NCBI GenBank assembly: GCA_964632485.1
Contig: CAZWDO010000022.1
Span: 1 to 64,000, forward strand
DNA: 64,000 nucleotides
Reading direction: 5' to 3'
From: an uncultured bacterium
GTDB lineage: Bacteria > JAGOEH01
The notes beneath the pieces were generated by a model. That model worked only from the letters and a program-made list of their open reading frames with translations, did no database searches and was not told the origin of the DNA. Positions 58,232 through 64,000 of this stretch are shown here, one piece after another. The position numbers and the translations under genes are program-made. The first letter of the stretch is position 1; the number at the start of each line of letters is the position of its first letter.

Positions 58232-58413
58232 TTTTTCTCCTGTTCAGGGTGTTGCTTGATAGTGGTGGTTCCGGCTATGCGCGAATTAAGGTTATTCCAC
58301 AATTACCGGCCCAATATCCGGGGTAGATTGAATCTTTATGTTGCTTCAACGACCTGTCCGAAACAGATCGATGGGTACAACCCCGGGTTCAGGACCCGTG
58401 AAGCGCGATTGAT

Positions 58414-59502
58414 TCAGCCATGCCGGTTAAGTTTTTCTACATTCCGGACAATTTCGCCAGCGATTTTATAATTGGGCGCGACGATATCGACACCTCCGCG
58501 GTCAATGGCCTCCTTGGGCATGCCGAAGACCACGGCAGTTTCTTCACTTTCAGCGATTGTAATTCCACCGGCTTGTTTGATTTTCACCATGGCATCGGCG
58601 CCATCATCCCCCATCCCGGTCATCAGCACTCCCACTGTCCGATGGCCATATTGCTGCAACACTGATTCCATCATGACCCCTACCGAAGGAATAAATAAGT
58701 GGGTTGGAAGTGTGGATAACCGAATCTGTTTTTCCCCGCTGTTTTTTTCACGCAGTAATAGATGAAATCCCCCTTTGGCCAAATAACCGCAACTATTTTG
58801 GACAGGATCGCAACTCTCGGCTTCCTTGATGGAAAACTTGACGTACTGGTTGAGGCGTTTGGCAAAAGAACTGGTGAAATTGGGCGGCATGTGCTGAACA
58901 ATAAATATTGCGGCATCTAAGTCGGCCGGTAATTCGATCAATATATCCATAAGAGTTTTGGGTCCGCCCGTGGAAACGCCGATGGCGATAGCGGTTTTTA
59001 CCGCATCTGTTCTCCCTCCCCATTCGCGTTTTTTAGTTTTGGATACTTGATAACGCTCGGAAGGCGAGCGTTTTTGCCGGTTTCTGATTCGCTGTAAAGA
59101 ACCGCCGCGAGTGGCGGCTTTCACTTTCTCGATGATCTCCGCTTCCACCCGATGGATGTTCATGGAAACGGTCCCTCCCGGTTTAGCAATAAAATCGAAA
59201 GCTCCCAGCTCCAAAGCCTCAAAGGTAATCAGTGCGCCTTCCTGGGTCAATGAACTAACCATAATTACCGGGCAAATATTTTCGCTGACAATTACCTGCA
59301 GAGCCGTTATTCCATCAATTCCCGGCAGATTGATATCCATGGTAACCACATCCGGTCGTAATTCCCTGGCTTTTCTAATGCCGTCCTCGCCATCCCGCGC
59401 CAATCCAATCACTTCAATTTCAGCGTCCGCTTCCAATATATTTTTTAATGCCTTTCGCATAAAAGCTGAATCCTCAACAATCAAGACACGAATTTTTTTC
59501 AC
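58414..59502 (-). CDS. cheB: Chemotaxis methylesterase (REC + CheB)
   Basis: GVSTGGP, VQHMP, TGMGDDG, FGMP. Confidence 0.95.
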   Translation of the reverse strand: MKKIRVLIVEDSAFMRKALKNILEADAEIEVIGLARDGEDGIRKARELRPDVVTMDINLPGIDGITALQVIVSENICPVIMVSSLTQEGALITFEALELGAFDFIAKPGGTVSMNIHRVEAEIIEKVKAATRGGSLQRIRNRQKRSPSERYQVSKTKKREWGGRTDAVKTAIAIGVSTGGPKTLMDILIELPADLDAAIFIVQHMPPNFTSSFAKRLNQYVKFSIKEAESCDPVQNSCGYLAKGGFHLLLREKNSGEKQIRLSTLPTHLFIPSVGVMMESVLQQYGHRTVGVLMTGMGDDGADAMVKIKQAGGITIAESEETAVVFGMPKEAIDRGGVDIVAPNYKIAGEIVRNVEKLNRHG

Positions 59503-59595
59503 GGGGCGCTTTTTCCTCTCGTAATTTCAAACCGTTACAGAATCCAACCGGCGCGAATTTGAGCTATCAACCGCTACCGGCTGGTTTCATTGTTA

Positions 59596-61584
59596 TTATC
59601 GAACTTTTTTCAGCTTGTGGGGAACCGGGGGAATGGAATTCTCGGGTGAAAAATCCTCTTTCTCAGGAGTTACCTTAGAAGAATTCTCCGCCAGTGCTGG
59701 TTTTGTTTCAAGCTGTTCCTCGGTGTTTTTAATCGTTTTTCGCGCGTTTCCGCCTGTTTCGGAATTCAGCGCCTGCTGCTCATCGGTTGAAAGTATCCTG
59801 GAAACCTCAATCAATATAATCATACGCTCATTTTGGTCCATTTTACCGATTCCCTTGATGAACTCGGTTTGAAAATCCGCGCTGAGAATATCCGGCGGCG
59901 CTTCAATCGCTTGTTTGGACATTCTAAGCACTTCCGAAACTGAATCCACAATAAGACCCGTCAGTTTATTATTAATATTTACAATGATAACCCGTGTGGC
60001 TTCGTCATGCTCTCTCAATTCCATCCCAAAGCGCTTCCGCAGATCGATAGCCGGGATCACATTGCCGCGCAAATTAATAACCCCTTCGACAAATTCCGGC
60101 ACCCGGGGGACGCTGGTAATGTTTTCCAGTCGGTTAATTTCCTGCACCTCCTCAATTTGCAAACCAAATTCCTCTTGACCCAGCCGGAAGGTCACCAATT
60201 GAATCTCTTCATCCTTCAACAGGTTTTCCTCCCGCTTGACTTCGACGTCGTCCGCTTTTTTATTAACCGTCATATCATCCAGTTCCTTCATTTTAATATC
60301 GCTGAGCAGATGATTTTCATCCAACAGCAAAATAAGCCGTTTACCTTCATTCAGCTTGACAATGCCGTTAAGATTTTCTGTTTGATCGCAGCTTCCCAGT
60401 ATTGTAGGCGGGGGATCGATATTACTTTCCAGAATACGGATCACTTGTTGCATTCGGTCAACCAGGATGCCAACGGGCATTTTATTGATTTCAACCACCA
60501 GAACCCGTTGATCTTCACGGATTTCCTTTTTGATTGCTTCTTTAAGCTCACTAAATTTTAACAGAATCTGATTAGAAATAGTCACGATTTCTTTTTCATA
60601 GACAGCCATGGTTTCAGCGCGGGAATTCAAATGATAATTGGCGATTATCTCCCGCGCTTTAAGCATCTGTTTTTGATTGATAAAACGAATGTCCTGGATC
60701 ACCTTGGCAATCAATTCACTGGAGGTGCGAAAACTTTCAATCCATCTCCCAGTTTCGTTTTTATCCGCATTGAGGATACCGCCGAAACTGGTTTGGGATT
60801 CAACGGCATGGCGATACGAATCGAGCCAATAGTTATGTTCTTTTTCTAAGGAGACGATTTCGTCTTGAATATCGTCAATGTAAGAAGAGATGTCGAATAG
60901 TTTACGGATATCGATGACCGGCAGCAGAGTATTGCGAATACAGAAGATGCCCATGACATAATCGGGGGCTTCGGGGACCTCTGTAATACGTTCCACGCGA
61001 AGGACTTCGCGGACGGATTCTATGGGAAATCCATATTCCTCCCCGGCGGTGAGAAATGTTACCAATTGAATTTCTTTTGCGGCGGTTTTCACAGTTTGAT
61101 TATAATCGCTCGTTTTAGCCGATGACAAGGAAGCGCTTGTGTCAACCGTAATAGCGCACAGGGCATCCACGTCCAATTCGAGAATCATCTTCTCACCGTT
61201 AGCCGTTTTAATGACAGACTGAACATATTTAACATCCACACCCGAGGAGAGTATTGGCGGTGGGGCTTCCACGTTGGTATTTTCCATGCTGATAACACCC
61301 TTTACCGAATCGACAATCACCCCGGCGGTTGAAATTCCGGTATCGAGGATCAGTACGCGGGTGCTATCAGTAATGTCCGCTTTCTCAAGTCCCAGTCGGC
61401 TGCGGGCATCAATGACGGGTAGCACATTGCCGCGCAGATTGGCTAATCCGTTGAGATAATAGGGAGCTCGTGGCACATGGGTAATTCTGGGGTAGCGGAC
61501 AATCTCCTTGATTTTATTGATGCCGATCCCAAACAACTCTTCGCCAATGCGAAAAGTTGCAGTCTGAGAGTTAGTATTGGCCAT
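59596..61584 (-). CDS. cheW: Multi-domain CheW (three CheW domains, the second with a CZB-like insertion)
   Basis: Three copies of the F....E.FG/YG..I..V.E...IT.VP..P....G...R....P.ID pattern. Confidence 0.9.
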   Translation of the reverse strand: MANTNSQTATFRIGEELFGIGINKIKEIVRYPRITHVPRAPYYLNGLANLRGNVLPVIDARSRLGLEKADITDSTRVLILDTGISTAGVIVDSVKGVISMENTNVEAPPPILSSGVDVKYVQSVIKTANGEKMILELDVDALCAITVDTSASLSSAKTSDYNQTVKTAAKEIQLVTFLTAGEEYGFPIESVREVLRVERITEVPEAPDYVMGIFCIRNTLLPVIDIRKLFDISSYIDDIQDEIVSLEKEHNYWLDSYRHAVESQTSFGGILNADKNETGRWIESFRTSSELIAKVIQDIRFINQKQMLKAREIIANYHLNSRAETMAVYEKEIVTISNQILLKFSELKEAIKKEIREDQRVLVVEINKMPVGILVDRMQQVIRILESNIDPPPTILGSCDQTENLNGIVKLNEGKRLILLLDENHLLSDIKMKELDDMTVNKKADDVEVKREENLLKDEEIQLVTFRLGQEEFGLQIEEVQEINRLENITSVPRVPEFVEGVINLRGNVIPAIDLRKRFGMELREHDEATRVIIVNINNKLTGLIVDSVSEVLRMSKQAIEAPPDILSADFQTEFIKGIGKMDQNERMIILIEVSRILSTDEQQALNSETGGNARKTIKNTEEQLETKPALAENSSKVTPEKEDFSPENSIPPVPHKLKKVR

Positions 61585-61598
61585 AATTTCTCCCTGGT

Positions 61599-63563
61599 TT
61601 AATTGCTCTGTAGTTCATCAGCCAGGGAAGAAATCTCTTCGATAGCTTGAGATAATTCCTGTAATCCTTTGGCTTGTTCTTCCGCGGCGGAAGCGGCTTG
61701 ACTGACAGATTTGGCTGCTTCTTCGGCGGCCGCGCCGATTTGATCCACGCCTTTTTTCGATTGTTCAATGGCGGATAATGATTCACGGGCATTCTGCAGG
61801 ATCTCGTCCATCGATTTACCGACAACCAACATATCGTTTTCAATTTTTATGAGATTGGAAGAAGAGATTTTTGCCCGTTCCGTTTCCGACAAAGCCGTAC
61901 GCGCCGCCAGTTCAACGTCCTGGGTATTTTTAGAGACCTGGAACTGGAGTGAGCGGACGAGGTCCTTGATTTTATCAGCATTTTCCGCTGACTCAGTGGC
62001 CAGGTTACGAATATCGCCGGCAACCACTGAAAAACCGCGGCCGTGTTCCCCTGCTCGCGCCGCCTCAATGGAACCGCTGACTGCCAACATATTGGTTTGA
62101 ATTGTGACATTCATAATCGCTTCTACAATCTTGTCAATCTTCTGGGTTTTTTCATCCAACTGTCGGATATTTTCGGCAGCTTTCAAATTTTCGTTCCCGG
62201 CGCGGGTTATATTGATGATAAACTGATCCACTCCAGTTTTATTTTCACCCAATATCACTTTTATGCTTTCACTCTGTTTGAGCATATCAGTGGAATTGCC
62301 CTCAACCTGCCGGGCAACGGTAGCGATCGAATCCGACATTTGCATACCGTTGCTGGCCTCTTTGGATTGTATGCCTGTCGCAGTACTGATCTGCTCGATG
62401 GCTTTAGCCAATTCCTGTGAAGCCGATGTGGCTTCCTCGACGTTGGCCGATAATTGTTCGGACATTGAGGCCAGTTCCTCGGCTGATTTCTGAACATCTG
62501 TGGAATTCTTCAATTCCTCGGCGGTTTGCGCCAAATCCTGGGCTGCTGTCGTCATCTCCGAAAAAGCCTTGATTTGCTGTTCGGTGCCTTTTCGAGATTC
62601 CTCAGCGCTGGAGGTTAATTCCTCGGAAGCGGTAGCTACTGCTTCGGCCATTTTCAAAAAATCTTTTGATTCGCCCAGTATTTTTTGAACGCCACCCTCC
62701 ATTTCACGGGATATTTTCTGAAATTTGTCCATACTGGCGCCAATAGTTGCCAGGTCAACACTAATCTTCTTGCCTTTTTCCGATTCGTCCTTAGCATTTT
62801 TACCGATATTGTTAATTTCAGCTACTACATTACGGACGGAGGACTGAATTTCTGCGACCACATCCTTGATTTCGCGGGCGCTGCGTTCTGAGATTTCGGC
62901 AAGATTGCGCACTTCATCGGCAACCACGGCAAAACCGCGGCCATGTTCTCCGGCCCGCGCGGCTTCAATAGCTGCATTCAAGGCCAGTAAATTGGTTTGA
63001 TCCGCAATTCGTACCACAGCCTGTACAATATTTCCGATCTCCTCGGATTGCCGTTCCAACTGAACCATGAGTCTGGCGGTATCAAGCGCTGCATCAGCGG
63101 ATGTGTTGACACCGGCAATGACGGAATCAACTCCTGTAATTGTTTCCCCGACCAAAGCTTTCAATTGATTTACTTTACTCAGTATATCCGCTGAAAGAGT
63201 GGCATTCACTTGGGCATTTTTTTCGATTTGGACAATTGCAGCCCTGGATTCCTCAGATGCGCTGCTTGCCTCTTCCGCGCCGGAGGCAATCTGTTCCATC
63301 GAGCGATTCAGTTCCTCCGCCGCGCCGCTGCTTTCCTCGATTCCGCTGGATAACTGCTCCGTCGCTGTTGCGATTCTTTCAGCGATCTGCTGCTGTTTCG
63401 CCAAGGTCTTAGCTCGTGTTTTTTCCTGGGCAATGCGCTTGGCTTCTTCACGTTTTAGCGTGAATTCATCCATTTTCAGGTCATCATTTTCCACCGTGGC
63501 TCTGTATCCTGAGCCAGATTTCGCTAACCCCTTTCCGGATAATCCTTTTTTCCTAATTTCCAT
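61599..63563 (-). CDS. Cytoplasmic MCP with two tandem signalling domains (DosM-like)
   Basis: Two hairpin tips, [23 protein letters not shown] and [23 protein letters not shown]; no TM. Confidence 0.92.
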   Translation of the reverse strand: MEIRKKGLSGKGLAKSGSGYRATVENDDLKMDEFTLKREEAKRIAQEKTRAKTLAKQQQIAERIATATEQLSSGIEESSGAAEELNRSMEQIASGAEEASSASEESRAAIVQIEKNAQVNATLSADILSKVNQLKALVGETITGVDSVIAGVNTSADAALDTARLMVQLERQSEEIGNIVQAVVRIADQTNLLALNAAIEAARAGEHGRGFAVVADEVRNLAEISERSAREIKDVVAEIQSSVRNVVAEINNIGKNAKDESEKGKKISVDLATIGASMDKFQKISREMEGGVQKILGESKDFLKMAEAVATASEELTSSAEESRKGTEQQIKAFSEMTTAAQDLAQTAEELKNSTDVQKSAEELASMSEQLSANVEEATSASQELAKAIEQISTATGIQSKEASNGMQMSDSIATVARQVEGNSTDMLKQSESIKVILGENKTGVDQFIINITRAGNENLKAAENIRQLDEKTQKIDKIVEAIMNVTIQTNMLAVSGSIEAARAGEHGRGFSVVAGDIRNLATESAENADKIKDLVRSLQFQVSKNTQDVELAARTALSETERAKISSSNLIKIENDMLVVGKSMDEILQNARESLSAIEQSKKGVDQIGAAAEEAAKSVSQAASAAEEQAKGLQELSQAIEEISSLADELQSN

Positions 63564-63588
63564 AATTTCCCTCCTTGAGGGTTAAATG

Positions 63589-64000
63589 TTAATTCAGCGC
63601 GTCCAGGTTCTCTTTCAGGGTTGTGTCATCCGGAAACGCTTTTCTTCCATATCGGAGTATCATCTTCGCATCAGAAATGCGATTCGATTCCGCGTATAAA
63701 ATCGCCAGATTATTGATAGCTTTGGAATTGTTGTGGATGCTGTTCGATAAACGATAACAATATACCGCCTCCTCGCGGTATGAAGCATCCTCCAGCTTTA
63801 ATCCGATGGTGAAAAAGAGTTCGGATAAATCTTCATGATGATAAAAAATGTCACTAATAAAACTCTCCATATAATTAACGATTTGCTCGTTTTCCATTTT
63901 TTCCAAATCCTGATAACATTGATTCATACGTTCTGTGAATAGATTTTTTAAAAGATCGATATTATCTTCAATCAAGAGATTTTGACGAATAAAATCCTGT
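63589..64000 (-). CDS. TPR-containing protein, 5'-partial (runs off the window)
   Basis: AINNLAILYAE TPR-like helix; the frame stays open to the window end. Confidence 0.65.
   Translation of the reverse strand, partial: QDFIRQNLLIEDNIDLLKNLFTERMNQCYQDLEKMENEQIVNYMESFISDIFYHHEDLSELFFTIGLKLEDASYREEAVYCYRLSNSIHNNSKAINNLAILYAESNRISDAKMILRYGRKAFPDDTTLKENLDALN

Noticed and set aside
58232-58413. 182-bp gap between cheB and the HEAT gene
   Set aside because: All minus-strand frames contain stops and no recognisable structure was found.
45282-64000. tRNA-Gln as the attachment site of a genomic island
   Set aside because: No integrase and no duplicated tRNA 3' end were seen in the window.

Overview
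Bacterial genomic scaffold with two 10-N gaps (31672-31681, 33865-33874), probably from an FCB-superphylum organism (inferred from PorV-like and C-terminal-sorting-domain proteins, a propeller/YYY sensor and a short Bacteroidota-type RpoD). The left third holds the best candidate for an undescribed system: a single minus-strand locus (5167-17415) with RpiR regulator, TonB-dependent receptor, secreted protein, PorV-like barrel, secreted cyanophycinase-like S51 peptidase, NhaC-family transporter, truncated beta-propeller and isoaspartyl dipeptidase IadA. It looks like a PUL-style cyanophycin / beta-aspartyl-peptide utilisation locus, with two GTCA-type REP clusters inside it. The middle holds signalling genes (GGDEF, an output-less PAS/GAF sensor with a binding protein, LytTR/LytS), a TlpA-TonB receptor pair and housekeeping genes (DHODH-like, acyP, namZ, epimerase, deoxynucleoside kinase, folK, folB, a degenerate aminotransferase, ppiD-like, glgP, PP2C, rpoD, cdaR-like, tyrS, tRNA-Gln). 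The right end holds two-component genes and an F9-like cytoplasmic chemosensory cluster (double-tip MCP, triple CheW, CheB, HEAT, CheR, two CheY, STAS, CheA carrying an MshEN motif, an RsbT-like kinase and a second MCP). No CRISPR array, integrase or transposase was seen. All calls are from reading motifs by eye; no database search was run.
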